Shown here: piece by piece, positions 41,881 through 53,980 of the stretch
Numbering within the stretch: position 1 is the first letter of the stretch
Layout: each line of letters begins with the position of its first letter
Assembly: GCA_965223505.1 (NCBI GenBank)
Contig: CBDCWP010000007.1
Coordinates: 66,640 to 130,639 of the forward strand
From: Planctomycetota bacterium
GTDB lineage: Bacteria > Planctomycetota > PLA2 > JAEUHO01
Direction of reading: 5' to 3'
DNA length: 64,000 nt
Notes under the pieces: generated by a model
Seen by the model: only the letters and a program-made list of their open reading frames with translations
What the model was told of the DNA's origin: nothing
Database searches by the model: none
Made by a program: the position numbers and the translations under genes

Positions 41881-43082
41881 CCGTGGGTGTGCTCAAGGGC
41901 CTCTTCCGGCTGTTCGGCTCGTACGGCTTCGCGTGCGTGATCCTGATCCTGTTGCTGATCCTCACGCTGCTCGGCACGCTCGAGCAGGAAGACCGCAGCA
42001 TCTACGACGTGCAGAAGGAGTACTTCGAGTCCACGTTCGTCGTGTCGCGCGTGATCGGGCGGGCCGACGACGGGACCGGCGGGTTCCCGATCATCCTGCC
42101 CGGTGCGTACCTGCTGCTTTCGTTGTTGGCCGTGAATCTCGTCGTGGGCGGCATGATCCGCCTGCGCTGGCGGCCGCGGGTCGTCGGCATCTTCATCGCC
42201 CACCTGGGGATCGCGTTCCTGCTCGTGGGTGGCATGATCGAGTTCCACTACTCGACCAAGGGCAACATGCAGATCTGGGAGGGTGATTCGAACCAGGAGT
42301 TCGAGAGCTACTTCCTGTGGGAGCTGGCGGTCATCCGGAAGAACAAGGACGGCTCGGTCCGCGAGTACGTCGTTCCGCACGAGCAGTTCGCGGAGCTCGA
42401 CGACGACGAACGGTCCGTGTTCACGTCCGACGATCTGCCGTTCGACATCGAGGTGCGCGACTTCAAGCGCAACTGCCGGCCTGTGCCGGCGGGGCGTGGC
42501 TCCAAGGGCATCGGCGGATTCCTCCTCAAGGAGGTGGCGCCGGCGCAGAAGGCCGAGCAGAACCTCGCGGGTCTCTACGCGACGATCATCGACAAGAAAA
42601 CCCAGACGCGACGCCAGGCGGTGATCTGGGGCTGGCAGGTCTACCCGTACGAGCTGGCCTTCGACGGCGCGACCTACTACGTCGATCTGCGCAAGCAGCG
42701 CTACCCGTTGCCGTTCGAGCTCGACCTCGACCGGTTCGTCTACGTGCAGCACCCCGGCTCGATGAAGCCGAAGGAGTTCTCGAGCTACGTCACGAAGAAC
42801 GAAGGCAAGGCCAGCGAGGACGTACACATCACGATGAACGAGCCCTATCGTCACCAGGGCTACACCTTCTATCAAAGCGGATGGGGGCCGCAGAACGTGC
42901 CGCCGGAGCGTGTCGAGCGCTGGTACACGGTGTTCTCCGTCGTCAAGAACCCGGCCGACAAGGTCCCCGAGTACGCGTGCTGGATCATCGCCCTCGGACT
43001 CTTGATCCACTTCGTCTGGAAGCTCGTCCTCTACATGGGTCGTGAAGAGAAGATGCGTTCGCGAGAGAGGCAGGCCGCGTGA
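41877..43082 (+). CDS. resB: ResB/CcsB-like cytochrome c biogenesis protein
   Basis: Three N-terminal TM helices, AHLG, LPFELDLDRF, MNEPYRHQGYTFYQSGW; GTGA overlaps on both sides. Confidence 0.75.
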   Translation: MTVGVLKGLFRLFGSYGFACVILILLLILTLLGTLEQEDRSIYDVQKEYFESTFVVSRVIGRADDGTGGFPIILPGAYLLLSLLAVNLVVGGMIRLRWRPRVVGIFIAHLGIAFLLVGGMIEFHYSTKGNMQIWEGDSNQEFESYFLWELAVIRKNKDGSVREYVVPHEQFAELDDDERSVFTSDDLPFDIEVRDFKRNCRPVPAGRGSKGIGGFLLKEVAPAQKAEQNLAGLYATIIDKKTQTRRQAVIWGWQVYPYELAFDGATYYVDLRKQRYPLPFELDLDRFVYVQHPGSMKPKEFSSYVTKNEGKASEDVHITMNEPYRHQGYTFYQSGWGPQNVPPERVERWYTVFSVVKNPADKVPEYACWIIALGLLIHFVWKLVLYMGREEKMRSRERQAA

Positions 43083-45220
43083 TTCGACCGTTCGCCCGTT
43101 CCCGTCACCGGATGCGCGTCGTGTCGGCGGTCGCGCTCTCCTTGCTCCTCGTCACTGCCTTCACCGCGTCGGTCGAGGACGCCCGCGCCGAAGACATCGT
43201 TCGGCACGTGAGTGGCGACATCCCCAAGCAGCCGCCGCGCGCATGGTCCGAAGAAACGCTCGAGCGCGTCGGCAAGTTCCCCGTGCAGGACGACGGGCGC
43301 GTCAAGCCCCTCTCGACCTGGGCCAGCTACACGTTGCTGCGCTTCCACGGCAAGCAGACGCTCTACCTCGAGGACAAGTCGAAGATCAAGCCGCTTCCAT
43401 GGTTGCTCGACACCGTCTTCTATCCCGAGATCGCGATGCACTACCCGGTGTTCCTCGTCGAGGACCGCCGCGCGATCGAGGCGATTCGCCTCGAGGAGAT
43501 GCGCGAGTCGTACTGGCGCGGCCTGCTTCAGAACGCGCGCTCGGCGGAAGAAAAGCAGATCCTGGAGGCGGCGTTCGAGAAGGCGCGCAAGAACGCGAAA
43601 CGCAAGCGGGATCACTATTCGTATTGGGAGCTCTTCCCCGCGCTCGAAAACCTGTTTTCACGGGGGCGCGAGTACGGAAAGATCGAATCGAAGGACCGCA
43701 GCACCACCCAAGAGCAGGTCGTGAATCTCATGGCCAACGTGCGCGACTACGAGGCGTTGCTCAACACCGCCACCTTCGCGCGACGTCCCGCGCCCGTTCC
43801 CGAGGACCCCGAGGTCAAGCGGATCTTCGGTGACCGTGTCGCCGTGCGCATGAGCGACGTGCTGGCCAACGCCGAGCCGATCTTCGAGCTCTACGGCAAG
43901 CGGACCGCGGGGATCAACGACGTTTCCGAGCTCTCGCCCGAGGGGCTCGCCCTGGTGAGCTTCCTGCGGGCCTTCAACGACGTCACGTCGATGTCGTCCA
44001 GCTTGGCGTTCCTTCCGCCCGAGGAAGGCGCCGAGTGGCTCACCCCGGCCGACCTGTGGCGACGCGCCGAAGACGGCAAGCCCATCGACACCGCGCACAT
44101 CGAGTGGATCCAGTCGCTCGAAGCGATGGCGGGCGCGCCGGAAGACGAGACCACGTTCCAGCACGCGCTCGGTGAGCTGCAATCGGGTGTCGTGGAACGC
44201 GCGAAGTCGCGTGGCGAGTACGAAAAGATCGACCTCGAGGTTTTCTACTACAAGCTCGACGCGTTCTTCTACGCGAAGTGGTTGCTGGTCCTCGCCTTCA
44301 TGCTGCTGGCCGTCACGTGGCTCGTGCCGCGATCGAAGAAGCTGGTTTGGGGCGTGTGGGGCCTCGTCGGTGCGGCCTTCCTTCTGATGACGGTGGGGAT
44401 CGTGCTGCGCTGCGTCATCCGCGAACGACCGCCCATCAGCACGCTCTACGAGACGATCGTGTTCATCGCGGCGTCGGGCGTGCTCGTTTCGCTGATCATC
44501 GAAGCCATCAACCGACGGCGCATCGCCCTGGCAATTGCGCCGGTCATCGGCGCGTTGAGCCTGTGGCTGGCGGAGCTGCACCTGCAGCTCGACGCAAAGG
44601 ACACGATGCCGAGCCTGCAAGCGGTGTTGGACACCAACTTCTGGTTGTCCACCCACGTGACCTGCATCATGTTCGGCTACATGGCGGGGCTGCTCGCCGG
44701 CATCCTCGGTCACGTCTACGTGCTCGGGAAGACCTTCGGCATCAAGCATGACGAGCCCGAGGCCTACCGCGTCGTCGCGAAGATGGTCTACGGCATGGTG
44801 TGCTTCGGACTGCTGTTCTCGCTCGTCGGCACCATCCTGGGCGGCATCTGGGCGAACGACAGCTGGGGTCGTTTCTGGGGCTGGGATCCCAAGGAGAACG
44901 GCGCCCTGATGATCGTGATCTGGAACCTGGTGATCCTGCACGCGCGCATGGGCGGCTACATCAAGGCGTTCGGTGTCTCCATGGCGGCGATCGTAGGCGG
45001 CGTCATCGTTTCGTGGTCGTGGTGGGGCGTGAACCTGCTCAACGTCGGGCTGCACAGCTACGGATTCACCGCCGGCGTTTGGAACCTGCTGCTCAACTTC
45101 TGGATCCTCGAGAGCGCGGTCTTGCTCACCGGCATCTTCTGGTGGTTCATGGTCCAGCGACCTGGGATGAAGACGAGCGCGCCGCCGCCCCCGCCGCCCC
45201 CGCCGCCTGCGGAGGCGTAG
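43079..45220 (+). CDS. ccsA: Cytochrome c biogenesis protein CcsA/ResC with large N-terminal periplasmic domain
   Basis: WANDSWGRFWGWDPKE (WWD domain), WLSTHV and GLHSYG motifs. Confidence 0.9.
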   Translation: MIRPFARSRHRMRVVSAVALSLLLVTAFTASVEDARAEDIVRHVSGDIPKQPPRAWSEETLERVGKFPVQDDGRVKPLSTWASYTLLRFHGKQTLYLEDKSKIKPLPWLLDTVFYPEIAMHYPVFLVEDRRAIEAIRLEEMRESYWRGLLQNARSAEEKQILEAAFEKARKNAKRKRDHYSYWELFPALENLFSRGREYGKIESKDRSTTQEQVVNLMANVRDYEALLNTATFARRPAPVPEDPEVKRIFGDRVAVRMSDVLANAEPIFELYGKRTAGINDVSELSPEGLALVSFLRAFNDVTSMSSSLAFLPPEEGAEWLTPADLWRRAEDGKPIDTAHIEWIQSLEAMAGAPEDETTFQHALGELQSGVVERAKSRGEYEKIDLEVFYYKLDAFFYAKWLLVLAFMLLAVTWLVPRSKKLVWGVWGLVGAAFLLMTVGIVLRCVIRERPPISTLYETIVFIAASGVLVSLIIEAINRRRIALAIAPVIGALSLWLAELHLQLDAKDTMPSLQAVLDTNFWLSTHVTCIMFGYMAGLLAGILGHVYVLGKTFGIKHDEPEAYRVVAKMVYGMVCFGLLFSLVGTILGGIWANDSWGRFWGWDPKENGALMIVIWNLVILHARMGGYIKAFGVSMAAIVGGVIVSWSWWGVNLLNVGLHSYGFTAGVWNLLLNFWILESAVLLTGIFWWFMVQRPGMKTSAPPPPPPPPPAEA

Positions 45221-46184
45221 CCAGGGAAGGTTGCGGCCTGGGTCGCTTGTGGTCGTACGCCGGTAGGTGGGGGCCGGGCACTTCACCGGCGGGGCGATCG
45301 CGCCAGCGCCGGTGCATCCAGTTGTACTGATCGGGAACGAGCCGCACCCACTCCTCGAGCGCCGCCTGGGTCTGCGCCACCGCGGGCCGCACCGACGACG
45401 GGGTGATCGCCTCGCCGCGCGGGAGTGGAATGTGGCGTACGTGCAGGTCGAAGACGAAGTCCTTGCCCGGCACCCGCACGCACGCGCCGACGTACAACGG
45501 CACGCTCGCGCGGGCGGCAATCCACGTCGGGGCGCCATAGGTGCTGGCGGGAATGCCGAAGAACGGAACGAACTCGCCGTTCGGTCCCGCGTTCTGATCG
45601 CCGACCACGCCGACCCAGAAGCCCTGCCGCAGCGCGTGCAGGATGCCGCGCAGGGCGCCGCGTCGCGGAATGATCGCATCGGGACCGCCGCGCTTCTCGA
45701 CGGCGTACCGGTCGAGGTGCGCGTTCTCGATCGGGCGCGCGACGACCTTCAGCTTGGCCCCGTAGATCTGGTGTCCCCGCGCGCTCAGCTCCCAGTTGCC
45801 CAGGTGACCCGTGATCATCATGCCGGGCAGGCCGTCCCGCAGACGTTCGACCAGCAGCTCGTGGTCGCCACGGAAACGCATGCGTGCGCGGAACTGCTTG
45901 CGGGTTCCGAGCAGACGCCGTCCCCAGGTGGATTCGAACGGGATGCGCGCGATCTGCAGGAAGCTGCGAAACGCGAGACGGCGCTGCTCCCGCTTGGAGA
46001 GACGATCGCCGAACGCGACGCGGATGTTCTCGTGCGCGCGGCGGCGGTGGCGTCGGTCGAGTCCGTACCAGACCGCGCCGGCGACGTTCGCGAACTGCAA
46101 CGACGCGCGTGGCGGCAGCGCGAGGATGGCCGCCTCCGCCGCTCGGAACGCGACGTAGAGCAGGTAGTCGAGGACTCGTCCCAC
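45147..46184 (-). CDS. Lipid A acyltransferase-like protein (HtrB/LpxL family)
   Basis: TGHLGNWE, VGDQNAG, VPFFG and DQYNWMHRRW motifs. Confidence 0.85.
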   Translation of the reverse strand: MGRVLDYLLYVAFRAAEAAILALPPRASLQFANVAGAVWYGLDRRHRRRAHENIRVAFGDRLSKREQRRLAFRSFLQIARIPFESTWGRRLLGTRKQFRARMRFRGDHELLVERLRDGLPGMMITGHLGNWELSARGHQIYGAKLKVVARPIENAHLDRYAVEKRGGPDAIIPRRGALRGILHALRQGFWVGVVGDQNAGPNGEFVPFFGIPASTYGAPTWIAARASVPLYVGACVRVPGKDFVFDLHVRHIPLPRGEAITPSSVRPAVAQTQAALEEWVRLVPDQYNWMHRRWRDRPAGEVPGPHLPAYDHKRPRPQPSLATPPQAAGAAGAAARSSSSQVAGP

Positions 46185-46718
46185 GCCGAGAGAATACGTC
46201 GGCCCGCGCGCGGATGTCGCACGGAACCCCTACCCTGTCATGGGGTTGCGCATGCCGAGCACGCTTCAGGAGTTCCTCGTCCGCTCGTCGCCGCTGATGC
46301 CGGTGCTGTTGATCGGGCTGTCCGTGATGTGCGGTGTGTGGGCCGGACTGCGACTGGCGCGCTGGTCGGTCGCGCGCCGCGTGCGCGGACATCGCGCGAT
46401 GGGGACCCGCGGCGCCGAGGACGGCCTGCGCATCCTGGCGCGCTACGGCTGCGAGGTGGTCGAGCTCGAGGTCACGGGCGCCGGCCGGATGTCCGTCGAT
46501 GGAGAGGTGCATCGTTGCCCGGTCCGCGTCGATGCCCGGGTGCGGCACGAGGGGCGCGAGTACCTCGCCGAGTTCAAGGGCGGCCCCCGCTCCGCTCTGC
46601 CGACGAATCGCGCGACGCGGCGGCAGCTGCTCGAGTACGCGTGGGCCTTCGGCGTCGACGGGCTCCTGCTCGTCGACGCCGACGCCGGCACGCTACGGAC
46701 CGTGCGGTTCCTGCCGGC

Positions 46719-48425
<1,707 letters not shown>

Positions 48426-48740
48426 CGTCGCCTCCCTTCGGGCCGGCCGCCCAGTCTACGGGGGGCGAAGTCTCGCGCTCTGCGGTCGTCGGCGCCCTGA
48501 TGATGGGGGATCGATGGGGCCAAAGACCTTCGGGGCGGCCCTGGAGGGAACCGCGAGCCCCATTCCGCGCGTCCCAACACCGGCCGGGGGGAGGGACAGC
48601 CGCCGCCAGCGCGACTATCCTAGTATCGGTCGCTCCGTGGTCCCGCATGCCCGGTGCGCACCGAGTCGCCGGCATTCAATTCCGTCGAGGCGCGTCCTAG
48701 GATGGGCCCCGACCCTGTTTTCGGAGTGAGAGAGAAACTC

Positions 48741-50420
48741 ATGAACCGCTTCCTCTCCCTAGCCCTCGTCCTGACCCTTTGTTTCGGTCTGTTCGGCTCG
48801 TCGCCGGCCGGCGCCGCGGACAATCCCGAGTGGAGCAAGATCCAGAAGGAGTTCAAGGACCTCTTCAAGACCAAGCTTCCGCTCAAGGACCGTCGCAAGG
48901 GCGTCTCGATCGTCTCCAAGTCCAAGGACGGCCGCGGCGTCAAGCTGCTCGTCGGCGCGCTCAAGAAGCAGGAGAAGCACTCCGGCAAGATGCGCAAGGA
49001 GTGGCAGACCCAGGAAGACGAGTGGGCCGAGAAGACGAAGCGGATCGAAGAGGCCTTCGAGAAGCGGCGCAAGGCGCACAACGACCGCTACAAGAAGAAG
49101 GGCGAGGAGCCGCCGCCCATCACCATCGATCTCAACAGCGAGGAGGGCCGCTGGCTCGGTGGCAGCACTCACGAGGGCGAGATGACGCGCGAGAAGCGAC
49201 GTCTCGAAAAGCTGTACCGGCGGGTGCTCGAGGAAGAGGACTTCGTCGTCTACATGCTGCGCGGCATCGGTCGGATCCTCAACTGCCTCGAGGGCGAGGA
49301 CTTCGACAAGCACGTCAAACTCATCACGAAGGCGGCGCTGACGGCCAAGGGTGACAAGAAGCCCCCGTACGTGACGACGCTCGGCTACGTCAAAGGCGAC
49401 GCCGTCACCTCGGCGCTCGAAAGGATCGCGGAGGACTCGGACCCCGTCATCGTGATGAAGGCGATGGAGTCGCTCGGCCGGCAGAACACCGACCGCGGCA
49501 TGGAGATCCTCTTCAAGTACCTCGACGACGAGCGTTGGCAGATTCGCGCCTCCGCCATCCAGGGGCTGGCGTTCCTGAAGAAGCCCGAGGTGATGGACCG
49601 CCTGATCCTGCAGGCGCAGAAGGAAGAGGGGGCCGTGCGTCGCCGTTGCTTCGGCGCGATGGCGATGATCGTCGGCGAGCGTGTCAAGGGCACGATCGAG
49701 GCCTGGCAGTCGTGGTGGAAGGCCAACAAGGACGAGTGGATGGAGCGCTGGAAGCGCCTGCCGGCGTCCGGCCCGATCCAGGACGACCCGCCGGTCATTC
49801 CGGTCGACGCAGAGGAGAACAGCGGCTCGACGTCGTTCTACGGCATCAAGACGGACAGCAAGCACATCATCTTCGTCGTGGACGTCTCGGGCTCGATGCG
49901 AGCCGACCCCGACGCGCCGGAAGGCGAGAAGTCCAAGATCGACGTCGCGCGTACGGAGCTGGTCAACGCGATCAAGACCCTGTCCGCGGCCGACGAGGAC
50001 GAGCGCGGCGCCGCGAGCTTCAACGTCGTGCTCTTCTCGACGATGGTCAACCCGTACAAGCCGGGTCGGATGGTTACGGCGACCAAGAAGAACAAGGACA
50101 AGGTGTTCGAGTGGATCGAGGAATTCGTCATCGCCGACGGGATGACCAACATCTTCGATGCGCTCGAGCAGGCCTTCAACATGATCAGCGGCTCGAACGA
50201 GAAGAAGAACATGGCCAAGGGCGCCGACACCATCTTCCTGATGACGGACGGCGCGCCGAACCGCGGTAAGTTCTTCGAGCCCGAGATGATCTTGAAGGAG
50301 ATCAAGCGCATCAACAAGGAGCGCAAGATCTCGATTCACGCCATCGGCATCGGCGCGCACCATCGCCCGTTCCTCGAGCGCCTCGCGGCGGAGAACAACG
50401 GGAAGTACATGGCGCGATAG
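48741..50420 (+). CDS. Secreted HEAT-repeat + von Willebrand factor A domain protein
   Basis: Signal peptide; HEAT repeats; MIDAS motif DVSGSM, TNIFDAL, FLMTDGAP. Confidence 0.8.
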   Translation: MNRFLSLALVLTLCFGLFGSSPAGAADNPEWSKIQKEFKDLFKTKLPLKDRRKGVSIVSKSKDGRGVKLLVGALKKQEKHSGKMRKEWQTQEDEWAEKTKRIEEAFEKRRKAHNDRYKKKGEEPPPITIDLNSEEGRWLGGSTHEGEMTREKRRLEKLYRRVLEEEDFVVYMLRGIGRILNCLEGEDFDKHVKLITKAALTAKGDKKPPYVTTLGYVKGDAVTSALERIAEDSDPVIVMKAMESLGRQNTDRGMEILFKYLDDERWQIRASAIQGLAFLKKPEVMDRLILQAQKEEGAVRRRCFGAMAMIVGERVKGTIEAWQSWWKANKDEWMERWKRLPASGPIQDDPPVIPVDAEENSGSTSFYGIKTDSKHIIFVVDVSGSMRADPDAPEGEKSKIDVARTELVNAIKTLSAADEDERGAASFNVVLFSTMVNPYKPGRMVTATKKNKDKVFEWIEEFVIADGMTNIFDALEQAFNMISGSNEKKNMAKGADTIFLMTDGAPNRGKFFEPEMILKEIKRINKERKISIHAIGIGAHHRPFLERLAAENNGKYMAR

Positions 50421-50435
50421 CGCCGAAGGCGCATG

Positions 50436-50466
50436 AAAACAGGCCGCGCCGTATCGGCGCGGCCTG
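50436..50466 (-). terminator. Intrinsic terminator (12-bp stem plus U-tract) between convergent genes
   Basis: Minus strand CAGGCCGCGCCG-ATA-CGGCGCGGCCTG-TTTT. Confidence 0.7.
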
Positions 50467-50493
50467 CGAGGTGGTTGCGGCGGGTCTGGCGAA

Positions 50494-51291
50494 TCAACCG
50501 TCGTCGGAGTCGGCACCCTCGGACGGTGCTGCGGCCGCGTAGATGGCGAACGGGGCGCCCAGGGGATCCGCAAACACCGCGAAACGGCCGATCCCCGGAA
50601 TGTCGTCCGGCGCCTTGTGCATCGTCGCACCCAACGACTGCGCCTTCTCCGCCATCGCGTCCACGTCGTCCACCGTCACGTACGGCAACCAATGCGGCGG
50701 CGCCTCGGCGCCCTCCGGCATCGGCATCATGCCTACGCCCATCCTGCCGTCCGGCCGCGTGAACATCGTGTACGCGTCCGGGTTTTCCGGATCCATCGGC
50801 GCCGTGCCGTATCCGAACACGTTCGTGTAAAACGACTTCGCCGTGTCCGCGTCCGTCGTCAACAGCTCGTCCCAGCAGAAGCTGCCGACCGGTGCCTGCT
50901 CCGGCTCCGGCGTGTCGTCGTGCACGCTGCGAAATGCGCAGATGCTCGCACCCTGCGGATCGCGAATGACCGCGAACCGACCGACCTCGGGCATGTCGAT
51001 GCCCGGTTGCGGCGACGAACCGCCACTCGCCTGGGCCTTCTCGACGGCCGCATCCACGTCCGGCACGTTCGCGTAGGCGATCCAGTGCGACGGGCCCTCG
51101 ACGGTCTCGAAGCCGCCGATGCCCTCCTTGCCGTTCTGGATCATGCGGTACGGCTCCGGGCCGCCCATGCCGTGCTCCGTGACCTTCCAGCCGAACAGCG
51201 CCGAGTAGAACGCCTGCGACTTCGCAGGATCGCTCGTACGCAAGTCGTGCCAGACGATGCGCCCGGGGGATTGGTTGATCTCTTCACTCAT
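50494..51291 (-). CDS. VOC/glyoxalase family protein (two-domain)
   Basis: WHDLRT...FYSALFGW and WDELLT...FYTNVFGY; GRFAV..DP.GA twice; AGGAG SD. Confidence 0.85.
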   Translation of the reverse strand: MSEEINQSPGRIVWHDLRTSDPAKSQAFYSALFGWKVTEHGMGGPEPYRMIQNGKEGIGGFETVEGPSHWIAYANVPDVDAAVEKAQASGGSSPQPGIDMPEVGRFAVIRDPQGASICAFRSVHDDTPEPEQAPVGSFCWDELLTTDADTAKSFYTNVFGYGTAPMDPENPDAYTMFTRPDGRMGVGMMPMPEGAEAPPHWLPYVTVDDVDAMAEKAQSLGATMHKAPDDIPGIGRFAVFADPLGAPFAIYAAAAPSEGADSDDG

Positions 51292-51469
51292 GACAATCTC
51301 CTGTCTCTCTCGTTCCTGAGGACGCCCTTCCTGCGGGGCGAAGATCGTAACGACCCACCGGCCTCGGCGGGAGGCTTCTCGACCAAGAGAGTGGGGGACC
51401 TGCGCCGTAGATTGTGCGCTCGGACACCGAGCCGGGGCAGCCGACTGCTGCACCCCGAAGGAGGTTGGC

Positions 51470-52318
51470 GTGCGTCAGTACCTGGACCTGATGAAGGAGG
51501 TTCTCGAACAGGGCAAGGTTCGCGGGGACCGGACGGGAACGGGGACGCGCAGCCTGTTCGGACGGCAGATGCGCTTCGACATCCGGGAGCGCTTCCCGCT
51601 GCTGACGACGAAGAAGCTGCATCTGCGTTCCATCATCCACGAGCTGCTCTGGTTCCTGAACGGCGAGACGCGCGTCGACTATCTGAAGGAGCGCAAGGTG
51701 CGCATCTGGGACGAATGGGCGACGCCGGAGCAGTGCCGGCGGTTCGGGCGCGAACCCGGGGATCTCGGTCCGGTGTACGGACATCAGTGGCGCAACTTCG
51801 GCGCGTCGCGGACGCCGAACGGGTCCTACAACGCCGACGGTGTCGATCAGATTCGTCAAGCCGTCGAACGAATCAAGACGAGCCCCGAAAGCCGCCGCCA
51901 CATCGTCAGCGGCTGGAACCCGTGCGAGGCCGACGACGTCGCGCTGCCGCCGTGCCACACGCTCTTCCAGTTCTACGTCGACGTCGAAGCGGGCGAGCTC
52001 TCGTGCCAGCTCTACCAGCGCTCCGCGGACCTGTTCCTGGGCGTGCCGTTCAACATCGCCAGCTACAGCCTGCTCACGATGATGATGGCGCAGGTGTGCG
52101 ATCTTTTGCCGGGTGAGTTCGTTCACACGTTCGGCGACGTCCACCTGTATCTCAACCACCTCGACCAGGCCGAGGAGCAGCTGAGCCGCACGCCGGGCCC
52201 GCTGCCGATGATGCATCTCAACCCGGCGGTGAAGGACATCTTCTCGTTCGTCTACGAGGACTTCGAGCTGCGCGACTACGTCGCAGCGCCGAGCATCAAG
52301 GCGCCGATCTCCGTTTGA
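51470..52318 (+). CDS. thyA: Thymidylate synthase
   Basis: DRTGTGT, ELLWFL, LPPCH and [14 protein letters not shown] motifs. Confidence 0.97.
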   Translation: MRQYLDLMKEVLEQGKVRGDRTGTGTRSLFGRQMRFDIRERFPLLTTKKLHLRSIIHELLWFLNGETRVDYLKERKVRIWDEWATPEQCRRFGREPGDLGPVYGHQWRNFGASRTPNGSYNADGVDQIRQAVERIKTSPESRRHIVSGWNPCEADDVALPPCHTLFQFYVDVEAGELSCQLYQRSADLFLGVPFNIASYSLLTMMMAQVCDLLPGEFVHTFGDVHLYLNHLDQAEEQLSRTPGPLPMMHLNPAVKDIFSFVYEDFELRDYVAAPSIKAPISV

Positions 52319-52791
52319 AGCCGCTCGCACTCATCGTCGCCCGCTCGCGCAACGGCGTCATCGGGCGCGACGGTGATCTTCCCTGGCACTATCCCGAGGA
52401 TCTACAGCACTTCAAGCGCACGACGCTCGGCCACGCGATCCTGATGGGACGGGTCTGCTACGAATCGATCGGCCGGGCGCTTCCGGGTCGCCGCAACATC
52501 GTGATTTCGCGCAACACCGCCTTCGAGGCGCCTGGGTGCGAGGTCGTCAAGAGCCTGCGCGCCGCGATCGACCTGGCGCGAGAATCCGACGAGCTGCCGT
52601 TCGTGATCGGCGGGGCGCAGATCTACGAGCGTGCGCTGCCGCTGACGACGCAGATGTTCATCACAGAGGTCAACCTCGATGTCGAGGGGGATACGTTCTT
52701 TCCCGCCTTCGACGCGTCGGAGTGGCGGGAAACGCAACGCCGGCACGAGCGCGACGGGGAACTGACGTTTCGCGTGCTGGAGCGGGTGTAG
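52315..52791 (+). CDS. folA: Dihydrofolate reductase
   Basis: [28 protein letters not shown] and GDTFFP motifs; TTGA overlap with thyA. Confidence 0.93.
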   Translation: MKPLALIVARSRNGVIGRDGDLPWHYPEDLQHFKRTTLGHAILMGRVCYESIGRALPGRRNIVISRNTAFEAPGCEVVKSLRAAIDLARESDELPFVIGGAQIYERALPLTTQMFITEVNLDVEGDTFFPAFDASEWRETQRRHERDGELTFRVLERV

Positions 52792-52882
52792 GGACCGGGG
52801 CGAGGCCGCGCCGGCCGTGAACCGGACCGTCGTTGGACCGGGTCCCCGTCGCTCACGGCGTCTGCTGCGTCCGCGACGCCGA

Positions 52883-53980
52883 CTACCAAAGCCACCGTTC
52901 CAGCGCGACCCGCGCCGCCTCGAGATTCTCCCGCAGGCAATACTCACCTGCCTGATGTGCCTGCGCGCCCGATCCGGGGCCGAGGTTGATCGCGTCGATC
53001 CCCATCTCGGACAGACGCCCCACGTCCGTCCACGCCTGCTTCGCCCGAACCGGCGGCGCGTCCCGCCAGCTCTCTCGAAGCGACGCCAACACCTGATTGT
53101 CGTGGCAAACGCGACCCGACGGGCACAGGTCCGTCACCTCGACGTCCACGTGCTCCGCATTCGCGCCTGCGGCGTCTCGCACGAGCGTCGTCAGATACTC
53201 GACGGCGCCTTCGCGCGTGCGATCCGGTGCGAAGCGCAGGTTCACGTTCAGGCTGAACCGACCCGGGATCACGTTGCGCGCTCCCTCGTATTCGACCATC
53301 GTCGTCGAGCAGACCTCGCGAAACCGCAGCCCGTCGAGCTCGACGTCGCGCACCGGCAGGTTCGCCAGCCGTTGTAGCACCGGCGCCGCCATGTGGATCG
53401 CGTTGCGTCCCTCCCAGGGTCGCGCGGAGTGCGCACGTTGCCCGTCGAAGTGAACCCACGCGTGCATCGTACCCATGCAGCCGAGCTCCACGTGGTTGTC
53501 CGTCGGCTCCATGGCGACGGCGAGCGCCACGTCCTCGAAAAAGGCCGGCGCCGCGGCCACGATCTCCGGCATGCCGGACCGGTCGTACGGTCCTTCCTCG
53601 CTCGCGTACAGGACGCCCACCAGGTCGAACCTCGCCGGCGCCTTCGCCGCACGCGCGAGCAGATGCAAGATCAGCGCGTCCGCGCACTTCATGTCCGACG
53701 AACCGAGTCCATAGATCCGGTCGCCCTCGATCCGTGCGACGTTGTCGCCCGCCGGCGGAACGGTGTCGACGTGCCCCAGCAGCATGACGCGCGGGACGCC
53801 GTCGCGAAACGGCGCGGGCTGGACGGCGACGTTGTCGCCGGCGCGCACGACCTCGTGCATGTCCTGCGAATCGGCCCACTTCTGAACGTAGGCCGCGATG
53901 GCGGCCTCTTCGCCGATGACGCTTGGAATCGAGACGAGGTCGAGCGCCAGCTGTTCGAGCTCGGTGGCGTCCGCCGTCAT
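52883..53980 (-). CDS. dapE: Succinyl-diaminopimelate desuccinylase (M20 family)
   Basis: GHVDTV, GSSDMK, SEE, EPT, AHSARPW and AHQAGE motifs; coupled to dapD. Confidence 0.85.
   Translation of the reverse strand: MTADATELEQLALDLVSIPSVIGEEAAIAAYVQKWADSQDMHEVVRAGDNVAVQPAPFRDGVPRVMLLGHVDTVPPAGDNVARIEGDRIYGLGSSDMKCADALILHLLARAAKAPARFDLVGVLYASEEGPYDRSGMPEIVAAAPAFFEDVALAVAMEPTDNHVELGCMGTMHAWVHFDGQRAHSARPWEGRNAIHMAAPVLQRLANLPVRDVELDGLRFREVCSTTMVEYEGARNVIPGRFSLNVNLRFAPDRTREGAVEYLTTLVRDAAGANAEHVDVEVTDLCPSGRVCHDNQVLASLRESWRDAPPVRAKQAWTDVGRLSEMGIDAINLGPGSGAQAHQAGEYCLRENLEAARVALERWLW

Noticed and set aside
45147..45220. 74-bp convergent overlap of ccsA and the acyltransferase as a regulatory device
   Set aside because: Both tails are low-complexity; stop-codon drift in high-GC DNA is a sufficient explanation
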